64,000 nucleotides of DNA from Hypanus sabinus. Lineage: Eukaryota. Shown here piece by piece: positions 51,701 to 62,951 of this stretch. Every line of letters begins with the position of its first letter. Positions within the stretch are counted from its first letter, which is position 1. Location of the stretch: NCBI RefSeq assembly GCF_030144855.1, contig NC_082709.1, positions 150,784,001 through 150,848,000 of the forward strand, in the 5' to 3' direction. The notes beneath the pieces were generated by a model, which saw nothing but the letters and a program-made list of their open reading frames with translations, was not told the origin of the DNA and searched no databases. The translations under genes and the position numbers were made by a program.

Positions 51701-52800
51701 CTGGAAGCAAAACCTCGTCGTCCCCTATGTCACTTGCTTTCACTTTATAGCATTCAAGCCCTGCCACAGCAGTTGAGCATACTTCATAGATTCAAGTTTA
51801 GTCCAGAATTGCCACTTCACCTGTGAGGTGGCTTTCTGGAGACCATACCTGGGCCTCTTGTAACGTTCTTGGTCGCCAGACTTGAATGCCTCTGATTTGG
51901 CCCTCGAGCGATTGGCGATCTCATGGTTCATCCAGGGCCTTTGGTTAGGGAAGATTCTGAATGATTTTGTGGGGACAAACTCATCTGCAATTGTTTTAAT
52001 AAAGTCCATGACAACTATGGTGTATTCATTCAGATCTACAGAGGGGCCCTTGAACACGGCCCAATCCACCAACTTGAAGTAACCCCACAGCTACTCCTCT
52101 ACCTCCTGCAAACCACCTCTCGGTTGTTCTAATCTCTTGAGCATTGCTCTTTACCCTCTGCCTGTATAGGGGTAGGAGAAGGACAACCAAGTGATCAATT
52201 TACCAAAATGTGGTCTGGGCATGGAATGGTAGGCATTTCCTATCTCAGTATAACAGTGTTTGGACCTCTGGTGCTACAGGTGATGGTAATTAGACAGGGT
52301 TTTCTTAAAACTAGCTTTGTTGAAGTCCCCGAATAAGATTTAAAATATGATGGAATGAACTGTTTCATGTTTGGAGATGCATCATGCAGTATCTCAAGTG
52401 CTTGGTTATAGTCGGCTGGTGGTGGTATGTAAACTGTTGTCAGGTTTGTGGAGAAATGCCTTGGTAAATTGAATGGACAACGTTTGACTGTTGGGTGTCC
52501 AAGGTTGGGGGAACACAAGTTCGAAAAGAAATATCACATCAGAGCTCCATTGAGGATTTGTCATGAAACACTCACCTCCGCATTTTGCCTTTTCTGAATC
52601 AGCAGTTCAATCCATTTTATAAACTGGGAAGCCTTCTGGTCTGATCACAGTACCTGGCGTGCTGGAAGAAAGACATAGAACACACCATTCTCTCATTTCC
52701 CTCCAATATAGCAATCTTGCCCTCAGGTGCTCACTTTTGGTCTGTAGCGACTGCAATTTACTAACACTGTGCTGGATGGGGGTGCGGAACCTCATCCCTC
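48725..52800 (-). mobile_element. Long degraded Rex1/Babar LINE (APE to RT to 3' UTR), interrupted by a CR1
   Basis: TVYIPPPADY, VDWAVFK..DLNEY...FPNQRPWMN, CADQLADVFTEIFNLSL..SEVPTCFK, QGCVLSPLLY, KFADD, WCQNNNLLLNVSKIKEL.VDFRR, LLPPGRRYR...RFRNSY. Confidence 0.88.
49667..50933 (-). mobile_element. Young CR1 LINE 3' ~1.27 kb nested in the Rex1 element
   Basis: AVDVVYMDFSKAFDKVPH, SVLGPLLFVIFINDLD, ADDTKVGG, LVRPHLGY, LGLFSLERRRMRGDLIEVYKI. Confidence 0.95.
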
Positions 52801-53163
52801 TAAACTTCAGCTTGCAATGACTAGTTCAACTTGAGAGCCTTGTGAGGTTGGGTCTGCTTTAAGCACATTAGTTTTTGAAGCCAGCAGAAAGACTGATGGA
52901 ATACTGAATTCAGCCCACAGTGGTTATATCAACTTCGAATGAAATACTCTGAAAATGTAATACAACTGACTCTAAGCTCAAGCCTTGAATTTTTCAAACT
53001 CACATTAATATTATGCTTAGGATATATTATGCTAAGGATATCAGAAAACAATTTTTTAAAAGGCTAATGTGTTTTTGGACTCTGAGAATATGAATTTCAA
53101 CTGTCAATAATAAAGGATCTATAAGATGCAAGAATATGCGTAGGAGTAATAACTCAGCAGATT

Positions 53164-53447
53164 TTTATTTTTTTATTTTTTTAATAAACTTTTTTAATTG
53201 TTTTCAAATAATTACAGAAACAAAAGAAAATATATGAAAAAAATATACATACCCTACCCCCCTCCCCTTAACCCCTCCCCCCTAACATCTCTATATAAAA
53301 AAGAAAGAAAGAAAGGAAAAAAAAAGAAAGAAAGAAAGAGTGCCTGGATATTGGAAGATCCCCACACATGCTCCATGGAGTTTGTAATAACTTTAGTATA
53401 TATATTTATTTCTTTCCCCAAATAACCAATTATTTCATCTTTGGAGC
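53164..53447 (-). mobile_element. 5'-truncated polyadenylated retro-insertion (L1-like 3' UTR) with 12-bp TSD
   Basis: ACTCAGCAGATT at 53152-53163 and 53448-53459. T-rich tract at the left end is poly(A) on the minus strand; G-rich tract on the minus strand. Confidence 0.8.
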
Positions 53448-53824
53448 ACTCAGCAGATTAATGGAAAATCTGTACAAACAAATGTATACATTGTTGGTAC
53501 TAACCCTCACTTCTTTGATATTTCTCATTAAAATTTACTAGAGATGCACTGCTTCTTGTGGGAGGTGGAACATAGTTTCAAATAAAAACATAGTAAGGTT
53601 AGTACTTGAGACTGTTTTCTGGAATTTCTAGCTTCTATAGCTATGACCCTGCCAAACAGCTGAGACAGAGCAGCAAATTACATCTGGTTCTCAATATCCA
53701 CTGTGGAGTTTCAGAAAATGACTTCTTTTCTTTCAAAATCTCGGAAAGAACACAAGGAATACAAACCACCCCATATGCATTGCAAACTGTAGCTAATGCA
53801 AATGATTTGAGCTACTTTATTTAA

Positions 53825-54027
53825 TAGAAATACAGAAATGTAGAAAATCCACATTACAGGTCCTTCAGCCCACAATTTTGTGCTGACCATGTAACCTACT
53901 CTAGAAGCTGCATAGAATTTCATTACTGCATAACCCTCTATTTTTCTAAGCTCCTTGTACGTATCTAAGAGTCTCCTAAAAGACCCTATTGTGTCTGCCT
54001 CCACCACCTTCGCTGGCAGCGCATTCA
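53825..54027 (-). mobile_element. CR1 3' terminal fragment
   Basis: NALPAKVVEADTIGSFRRLLD plus the same 3' UTR family as 45780-45925. Confidence 0.88.
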
Positions 54028-54104
54028 TTTAAGAATTTCTCAATGGGATCTAATTTCCTGCCTTTGACGCAAATGGCATCTACATGAAGTCACAATGCCA
54101 GAAT

Positions 54105-54685
54105 GAATTGAATTGAATTGACTTTATTACTTACATCCTTCAAACACATGAGGAGTAAAAATCTTTATATTACGTCTCAATTCAAATGTGCAATGTGCAA
54201 TTATAGTAATGTATAATAAATAGTATGTACAACAGGATAGTCAATATAACATAGAAATACAATAGCGTCAGTATAAATTAATCAGTCTGATGGCCTGGTG
54301 GAAGAAGCTGTCCCGGAGCCTATTGGTCCTGGCTTTTATGCTGCAGTACCACTTCTCGGATGGTAGCAGCTGGAATAGATTGTGGTTGGGGTGACTCGGG
54401 TCTCCAATGATCCTATGAGCCCTTTTTACGCACCTGTCCTTGTAAGTGTCCTGAATCAAGGGAAGTTCACAACTACAGATGCACTGGAACGTCCGCACCA
54501 TTCTCTGCAGAATCCTGCAATTGAGGGAAGTACAGTCCCCGTACCAGGCAGTGATGCAGCCAGTCAGGATGCTCTCAATTGTCTCCCTGTAGAAAGTTCT
54601 TAGGATTTGGGGGCCCATACCAAACTTCCTCAACCGTCTGAGGTGAAAGAGGTACTGTTGTGCTTTTTTCATCACACAGCCGGTA
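54105..54685 (-). mobile_element. Rex1/Babar LINE 3' fragment with (CAATT)n tail
   Basis: ORF 54268-54675: KKAQQYLFHLRRLRKFG..ESILTGCITAWYG..DPSHPNHNLFQLLPS..RLRDSFFHQAIRLIN. Confidence 0.9.
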
Positions 54686-55169
54686 TGTTTGTTTGAAGGG
54701 ACAGAGCTTGATTATACAAGCTGATGGAACCAAGCTAGAGAATGGCAAAACAGAATCAGATTTTGTCAGTTGTACTCTGAAACTCTGGAAGTACCAGGGA
54801 TGATGCTTACATTAGAGTTGGATACAGAGAAAATCAGTGATAGATCCCCTGGACTGTAAGATACATTCATGCTGGTTTGCTTTCTAATTCATTTAGTCCG
54901 GTAGAAAACCTTCAGCTAAGGTTTAGTCTGTAAATTGCACTCGGGCACTGAATGTATCATTAGAATAATGGTCAAGTTGCTCCCCTCTACCCCAACCTCT
55001 TTCACCCCCACTTCCACTGATTTCTTAGCAAGATTCTTCATTACTTGCTTAGCTGTGGATGCTAAAATTGGGGACTGTCAGCTCAATGTCGTTAGAGTGA
55101 GGGACTAACCTGAGTTATTATCCTTCATCTTCTTGCTGCAGAAGTAGGATGGAAGTCATCCTTTTGTGG

Positions 55170-55400
55170 GGTGTGGCTGCACAGTGCACGGCTAACAGAG
55201 CCTTGTTCCAGGTTTCTGGTTTCCTCTCACAGCCCAAAGACACTCAAATTGGCAGGTTGATTAATCACTGTACATCGCTGAGCGGTAGTACCTGTAGATG
55301 GCAAGGTGAAGGGAATGTATAATTAATGGAAATGGGTGCTTGATGGTCAATGCAGACTCATTTGCCAAAGGGTTTGTTTCTCTGCTGTGTAATTCCAGGA
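55170..55400 (+). mobile_element. Degraded V-SINE with CR1-like tail
   Basis: ggtttcctctcacagcccaaagac core; tail gactcatttgccaaagggtttgtttctctgctgt. Confidence 0.5.
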
Positions 55401-55744
55401 CTGACCAGAGCTCAGTTTATGGTGCTGTACTTTAACCAAGAACTGATGGCTCACATTTCTATCCTGGGAGTCAGTGCTGGCAGGTAGTTTATCCACTGGG
55501 GACATTACATGTGACCATGATCCTGTTATTAACCTGAACCTTCGTGCACACACTCTATCTGTAGATCACCAGTAGAACTCAAGGGCCAGAACCCAGTTCA
55601 ATCTTTCCAAACCAAAGTTTAAGTGACAGAGACCACTTTGCTTGTAGGGTTCTTAATTTACACACACAAAATATCCTGAATAAATTTACTTCTATTTTAT
55701 CAACAGTGAATGAGAGTTCAATCTATGAAATGAGATGTAATTTT

Positions 55745-57250
55745 AAGCGCAAGAGATTCTGCAGATGTTGGAAATCCAGAGCAACTTCCACAAATCGTTG
55801 GAGGAACTCAGCAGGTCAGGCAACATCTATGGAAATGAATATACAGTCGATGTTTTGGGCTAAGATCCTTTGCCAGGACTGGGGAGGAAGGGGGAAAATG
55901 CCAGAATAAGAAGGTGGGGAGAGGGGAAGGAGTGTAAGCTAGAAGGTGATGGGTGGAAAAGGAAAAGGGCTGGAGGAGAAAGAATCTGATAGAAGAGGAA
56001 AGTGGACCATGGGAGAAAGGGAAGGAGGAGAATAGACACCAGGGGCAGGTGAGAAAAAGAGGTAAGAGGGCAGAATGGGAAATTGAAGAAGAAGGAAATG
56101 GGAGGGGGTAGAAATGACTGAAAGTCAGAAAAATCGATGTTTGTGTCATTAGGTTGGAGGCTACCTAGATGGAATACGAAGTGTTGCTCCTCCACCCTGA
56201 GAGTGACCTCATCACGGCAGAAGAGGGAGCCATGGACTGACATGCTGGACTGGGAATGGGAGAAGGAATTAAAGTGATTGGCCACTGGAAATACAGCTTC
56301 TTGCAGATGGAGCGGAGGAGCTTGACAAAGAGATCCCCCAATCTACATTGGGTCTCAACAATGTAGAGAAGCCTGCACTGGGAGCACCAGATACAGTAGA
56401 CAATCCCATCAGATTTGCAGGAGAAGTGCTAGCTCAACTGGAAGGACTATATTTTGCCCTGAATGGAGGTGAGGGACGAGGCAAATAGACAGGTGTAGGA
56501 CTTTGGCTGTTTGCAGTGATGAATGCTAGGAGGGAGGTTAGTGAGGAGGAACAAATGCATAAGGGAGTCATGGAGAGAGTGGTCCTGTAGAAAGCAGAGA
56601 GTGGGGTGAGGTAAAGATGTGTTTGGTGATAGGGTCCTGTTGAAGATGGCAGAAGTTGTGGAGAATGATGTGTTGGTCATGGGGTGGTAGGTGAGGACAA
56701 GAAGAACTATCACTGTTAAGGTGACAGGAAGATAGTGTGTGTGGATGTCCAGGTAATAGAGGAGATGCAGGTGAGAGCAGCATCGATGATGGAGGAAGGA
56801 ATACCCGTTCTTCGAATTTGGAGGACATCTCAGATATCCTGAAAAGGAAAGCCTCTTCCTGGAAACAGATTTGGCAGAGATAAAGGATATGAGAAAAGGG
56901 AATAGCATTTTTACAGGAGACTGTGTAGGAAGAGAAATAGTCAAGATAGACATGGTAGTCAGTAGGTTTATGAAAGATGGAGGTTTGTGTCCAGAGATGG
57001 AGACAGAGAGATCGAGAAAGGGGAGGGAGGTATCAGAAATGGACCAAGTGAATTTAAAGGCAGGGTGGGAGTTGAAGGCAAAGGTGATGAAATTGACGAG
57101 CTCAGCATGGGTGCAGGAAACAGCACCAATGCAGCCACCAATGTAGTGCAGAAAGAGTTGGGGAGCAGTACCAGGAAAGGCTTGGAACATGGATTGTTTC
57201 ACACTGCCGATGAAAAGGCAGGCAGAGCTGGGACCCATGGCTACACCCTG
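55745..57250 (-). mobile_element. Penelope-like retroelement (RT C-half, GIY-YIG, 3' UTR), degraded
   Basis: MGPSSACLFIG..QSMF...PQLFLHYIGGCIG (degenerate RYIDD), KFTWSISDTSLPFLDLSVSI, LVLTYHP, EEQHFVFHLGSLQP. Confidence 0.88.
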
Positions 57251-58064
57251 AGCCTCAATTTTAAGCAGCCATTCCTTTTAAGTCTAGCAGTGGTCCTGGT
57301 ACATCAGATGAGACTTCCAACAGTGAACCGTAGTTTGAAAAAGTACATGAATTGTATTGTAGTGCAAGATGCATTTTAACAAATGACTGCAGAATGGGAA
57401 TCATAGAGCACTGAGAGTAAGGAAATTTGACAGCAGAGTAAACTGTATTCATTCCTTGGTCATATCCAGAGAACTCTGGTGTTCCTCTGGAGAATTTAGA
57501 TCTGTACTTCCAGATTTCCACAACAATTGCTCAATCTGATTGCAATTACAGAATTATATTGGGAGTGGAAAAGTTTTCCTTGTGAAATCTTGGCATGATA
57601 GTTAATTAAGACTGATGGATTTGAATCAGATACAGTAAGAATCTTTGCCTTTTCGTCATTTGTAATTGTAAAAGTATTACATGTAGACTGTAATTAGAAT
57701 ATTATAAAGCCGCATAGTTTTAGGGAGTTGTTCAATAGCATTCATGTATGAGTAATTTTCAAAAGCTGTTAATTGAGATCTTAAGCTTAACATGTTATAA
57801 TCGTGCCCTCTGCTGATCAGATTTATATGGGCCAGCAGAAACTGCCAGATTAACTGGCATAAAGAAAGAACAGATTATGCCAAGTCCCCAATGAACAATA
57901 CTTATAGCCTCAGTTGGCTAGAACTGAGCCTCTGCACCGGGCTTTCCCTTCACAAGCATAAATTCAGATGAAGTAACCTGTATAATATTATTTACTTATT
58001 AGTTACATCACAGTAATTAATTATTTAACAAGTGCAAAACTATAACCATGAAACTTATTACAAA

Positions 58065-59500
58065 CATGAGAAAAACCGCAGATGCTGGAAATTCCAAACC
58101 AAGGCACACAAAATGCTGAAGGAACTCAGCAGGTCCAGCAGCATCTATAGAAATAGATAAACAGTTGACATTTCAGGCCAAGACCCTTCATCAGGACTGG
58201 AAAAAAATTGAGAAGTCAGAGCAAGAAGGTGGGGGGAGGGGAGGAAGAAGTACAAGGGGCAGGTGATAGGTGAAACCGGGAGAGGGGAGGGGGTGAAGTA
58301 AAGAACTGGGACTTTGATTGAGCTAGAGGAGGGGGATCTGATAGGAGAGGACAGAAAAGCATGGAAGGAAAGGAAAGGGGAGGAAGACCAGAGGGAGGTA
58401 ATAGGTATGTCAGGAGATAGGAGAGAGAGAGAGAAGCAGGAATGGAGAATGCTGAAGGGTGTGGGGTGGGGGAGCAAATTAATGGAAGTTTGAGAACTCG
58501 ATGTTCATGCCATCGGGTTGGAGGTTACCCAGACAGAATAGTGGAGGCCATGGACTGACATGTCAGAATGGAATGGGAGGTGGAATTGAAATGTGTGCCT
58601 ACCAGAAGTTCAAGCTTTTTTGGCGAGCAGAGCATAGGTGCTCAGTGAAGTGGTCCCCAGTCTATGTCGGGTCTAGTATACAGGAGGCCACACAGGGAGC
58701 ACCGGATACTGTAGCTGACCCCAACAGACTCACAGGTGAAGTGTCGCCTCACCTGGAAGGACTGTTTGGGGCCCTGAACGGTGGTGAGGGAGGAGGTGTA
58801 GAGGCTGGTGTGGCACTTGTCCTGCTTGCAAGTATGTGCCAGGTGGAAGATCATTGGGGAGGGACAAATGGACAAGGGAGTCATGAAGAGAATGATCCCC
58901 GTGGAAAGAGGAAAGTGGGAAAGGGCTAGATGTGCTTGGTGATACTATCCCATTGGAGATGGTGCAAGTTATGGAATATTATTTGGTGGATGCAGAGGAG
59001 GGTAGGGAGTAGGCGAGGACAAGAGGAACCCTCTCCCTGGTGGGGTGGTGGGAGGATGGGGTGAGGACAGGCATGTACGAAATGAAAGAGATGTGGGTGA
59101 GTGCAGCATTGATGGTGGAGGAAGGAAGGAGGACATCTCCTTCGTTCTGGAATAAACAGCCTCATCCTGAGAGCAAGTGTGGGGGAAACGGAGAAACTGA
59201 GAGAAGGGGATGGCATTTTTACAAGTGGCAGGGTTGGAAGAAGTTTGGTCCAGCTAGCTGTGAGAATCAGTTGGTTTATCGGTAGTTATTAGTAGATTGG
59301 TTGTATAGATATAGAGACAGAGAGATTGAGAAAGGGGAGGGAAGAGTTTGGAAATGGACGAAGCAAATTTGAGGGCAAAGTGAAAGTCGAAGGTAAAGCT
59401 CAATGACTTCATCAATTTGCCTCCAACTTCCATCCCACCCTCAAATTTACTTCCGACACCTCCCTCCCATTTCTCGATCTCTCTGTCTCTATCTCTGGAC
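58065..59500 (-). mobile_element. Second Penelope-like retroelement with inverted 5' segment
   Basis: QGPKQSFQVRRHFTCESVGVSYSIRCSLCGLLY (GIY-YIG region); same 3' end as the 55745 copy; 59400-59500 is in + orientation. Confidence 0.85.
58162..58199 (-). ncRNA. Minimal hammerhead-ribozyme motif (decayed) at the Penelope end
   Basis: Minus strand reads cagtc-CTGATGA-agggtcttggcct-GAAA-tGTC-aactg. Confidence 0.55.
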
Positions 59501-59994
59501 CTTTTATAAACCCACTGCCTTATGGCATTATTGTATGTAACATAAAAAAGAGTAAGCAATCCAGAGTCATTCCAATGGCAAGTGTGAGTTAAACAACCAT
59601 CGGCAATATTTGAACCACTCAGGTTAGGTGGAAATCTTTGGAAGAAGACCAACAATCGCAAAGTGAACAATGCGATTGAGGGTGACACCTGCTGATGGGT
59701 CACGAATCTACGTTTTTCACTTCATTTGCTTCATCTTTTTCTTTCAAATGTGGTTATTCTGTGTTTTTCAAATTTTTTTGTCATTCGTGTGATTTGTTCT
59801 TTTTTATTGTGCATGGGAGCTTTGATATTTATTTCTTTGAATGGGTTCCATGATTTTCTTTGTTTCATGGCTATCTGTGTCGGGGTTGTATACTGCATAC
59901 ACACTTTGATAATAAATGTACTTTGAATCTTTGAAATAAAATGGATGAACAGTATTGGAATCAGAATAAAATGTATTATCACTGACATATGTCA

Positions 59995-60493
59995 AATTCC
60001 CATTCGGATATCTCCATACATGGCCTCCTCTACTGCTATGATGAGGCCAACTCTGGTTGGAGGAGCAACACCTCATATACCGTCTGGGTAGTCTCCAACC
60101 CCTTGGCATGAACATCGAATTCTCCAACTTTCCCCCTCCCTCTCCCTTCACCCATCCCAGTTTCACTTTGCCTCCTCCTTCAGCTGCCTATCACCTCTCT
60201 CATGATTCTGCCTTTCATCTACTACCCATAGTGCTTTCCCCCTACATTCCTCCTTCACCTTTCCTGACTATCTGCTCCCTGCTTCCTCTTCCCCACCCCT
60301 TGATCTTTCCTCTGATTGGTTTTTAACCTGACATCCACCAGCCTTCTCCTTCCCACCCTCCCCCCACATTCTTTATAGGACCCCTGCCCCCTCCCTCTTC
60401 AATCCTGATGAAGGGTCTCGGCCCGAAACATTGACTGCTCTTTTCCACTGTTGCTGCCCGACCTGCTGAGTTCCTCCAGCTTGTTGTACGTGT
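59995..60493 (+). mobile_element. Penelope-like 3' fragment inserted in a Rex1 3' UTR
   Basis: LEEQHLIYRLGSLQPLGMNIEF, CT-rich UTR, hammerhead-like motif. Flanked by TGTCA at 59990-59994 and 60494-60498. Confidence 0.85.
60400..60437 (+). ncRNA. Minimal hammerhead-ribozyme motif (decayed) at the Penelope end
   Basis: caatc-CTGATGA-a-gggt(ctcg)gccc-GAAA-cattgactg: both core boxes, short stem II, and stem I ca(a)tc/gactg. Confidence 0.55.
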
Positions 60494-61829
60494 TGTCATG
60501 AAATTTATTGTTTTGTGTCCTCACTACAGTGCAAGTCATAACCAAAAATTCCATTAAGTTACAATAAAAATGAAATAAACAAATAGTGCAAAAAAGGAAT
60601 AGTGAGGTAGTGTCATGAATTCATGGACTATTCAGAAATGTGAGGGCAGAGAGAAAGAAGCTGTTCCTAAAACACTGAGTATTCGCCTTCAGGCTCCTGT
60701 ACCTCCATCCTGATGATAGCAACAAGAAGAAAGATAGTCAAATTTGAGTCAATTTATAACCCCCCCCCCTTTTACTTCATATACAATTTCAACCAACAGG
60801 ATTGACAAGATGAAGCACCTGATAAAACAGGTCTTGGAGGGGCTTGGAAGAGAAGTTGTCTAATGATTAATATCCACAGAGTCAGAGTAAACTGAGATGA
60901 GTGTGATGTAGAGAGTTGTGGCTCACGGGAAATAATGAAAAGAAGTTACAGTCAAAGATGAAGAAGGCTGATTATGAGTGTGCTTAAATAAACCTTTCAG
61001 AGCAGAGGGTGTATATTTCACATAGCATGATTTGTATTCTAGCATGAAACATGGAGGCACTGATGCTCAGGAATGCTATAATGAGCTAAAGTTGAGTTGT
61101 TTTCTGGACATTTTTATGTCATAGAGCTGGAGATCTATTCTTTCTTCTCATTTTTCAAGATTGCTTTGACTTCAAGTTCCACTGCTTTGGCTGAGAGGCC
61201 AATAACAGGCATGCAGCCATCTTTTTGAAGACAACAGTAATGAATTCTGGAAGCTGTTTAAATAAGGTGGGTTATAAAAAGGCTGCATTATTGCACCAAT
61301 TCATCGCCATACAACTTTACTCAGTAACGGGGATACTCTTTGGAATTTTAAGGTCAATTCCGTTCAGCGGTGATGAAGCCATTCAAACATCACCACTTCT
61401 TGGGATGTAACTATATACAGAGAAACAACCTGTAAAACAGCAACCCAATCCTCATTCACAGAGACCTTCAGGATCTTGTAACTCAACACATGATCTCTCA
61501 AAAGACATGAACCACTGCCTCTCACTTCACAACCCTTAAAAATCTGGGAGGAAAGCTTTGTGAAAGATAACTTTACTATAAGCACCATGCAATGGATGGA
61601 ACAACTCAGAAAACAATCAGCACATGGACAATCTTATCTATTAGGATTTATTATGGCTAATATTGTAATCCAATGTACAAGTAGCATTTACATCATTGTC
61701 CTGCTGCAATTGTTGAACCTCTGATTAGACCAAGGAACATATAATGACAACATGCTACAGATACTTGCTTCAGGGTGACATCACACATGATGTAAAATAA
61801 TGTGTCAGTTTTTTGTTTCAAAAAAAATT

Positions 61830-61970
61830 GAGAAGCAATTTGGATGGGAGAGGTATGGAGGGATGTGGTCTGTGTGTTGGTTGACAGGATTAGGCAGAAT
61901 AATAGTTCATTATAGATTAGATGGGCTGAACAGCCTGTTTCTGCGCAGTAGTGTTCTATGACTCTATGAT
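61830..61970 (+). mobile_element. CR1 3' UTR fragment
   Basis: gatgggctgaacagcctgtttctgcgcagtagtgttctatgactctatgattct tail. Confidence 0.7.
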
Positions 61971-62214
61971 TCTGAGGTTCCTCAAGATCCCCTGTTCAAA
62001 ACTGTACAGTTGTCAGTCTTGCTGAGAATACTGATCTCAGACCCAACGCTTCGTATTTTCATATCTCTTGATCCAGTTGCAGGTAGTCCAATGATAAGCA
62101 ATGGTTTAACTTTCCCACATGGCAAAATAATTAATACAATCTCTCATGGTACAATGGCTGTTTTCACATTGAGAAGTGAACTTCAATGGTCAAAAGCAGC
62201 CTTAAGTTAGATCA

Positions 62215-62425
62215 ATACACACAATGCTGGAGGAACTCAGCAGGTCAGGCAAGCAGTCAAGGTTTCTGTCTGAGTTCCTTCATCCAGACTTATCCAGGGT
62301 CCTGGCTCAAAATGTTGACTGGTTATTCACCTCCATAGATGCTGCTGAACCAAATGAATTCCATCAGCGCTCTGTGTATGTTGCTCTGGATTTCCTGCAT
62401 CTGCAGAATCTCTTGTGTTTATGAC
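62215..62425. repeat. Fold-back mini-element made of two Penelope ends in opposite orientation
   Basis: Left arm atgctggaggaactcagcaggtcaggca is the reverse complement of the degraded right arm gatgctgctgaaccaaatgaattccatcagc. Confidence 0.65.
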
Positions 62426-62733
62426 TCAGTCGAACAACAGTCCATATTTCACTAACAGTCATTACTACAATTTAGCAACGCTATGATAACTCTGATCACT
62501 TCGAACTATGAATTTCTTTGTTTTTTATTTGTTTTAATTGTGCTTTTTTCTTATAAAACTTGTGTAAGTTATGTTTAATTTATGATTATACATAATGCTA
62601 CTTATATGATGCTATGTGCCTGTGATGCTGCCCCAGTGTTTTTATTGCACCTCTGCATACACGTACTTATTCATATGACAATACACTCAACTAGACATGA
62701 CAAAGTATTCCTGTAAAGATCACAGTGCACTAG

Positions 62734-62950
62734 TGTGGTGAACTACATATACCTGTCTGGACATGCCCCCTGCTGACTGCTCCTGTGGCTCCTCCCACAG
62801 ACCCCTGTATAAAGGCGATCAAGGCCTGAGCCCGGCCTCTCAGTCTCCAGGATGTAGTATGGTGGTCAACCACTGCTTGTTCCTTCTTCCAGTCAATAAA
62901 AGCCGATATCTCGCCTTTACGTCTCAGAGTGAGTTATTGATGGTGCATCA
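62734..62950 (+). mobile_element. Complete LTR (217 bp) of a Gypsy-type retrotransposon
   Basis: TG...CA termini, TATAAA at about 62808, Inr-like TCAGT at about 62840, AATAAA at 62895-62900. Its 5' end equals the sequence after the PPT in the inverted copy. Confidence 0.85.
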
Positions 62951-62951
62951 A

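Larger units (their letters stand above)
59958..60730 (-). mobile_element. Rex1/Babar 3' fragment split by the Penelope insertion
   Basis: gaatcagaat..ttatcactgacatatgtca | tgaaatttattgttttg...gaagaagctgttcc...caggctcctgtacctcc. Confidence 0.75.
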
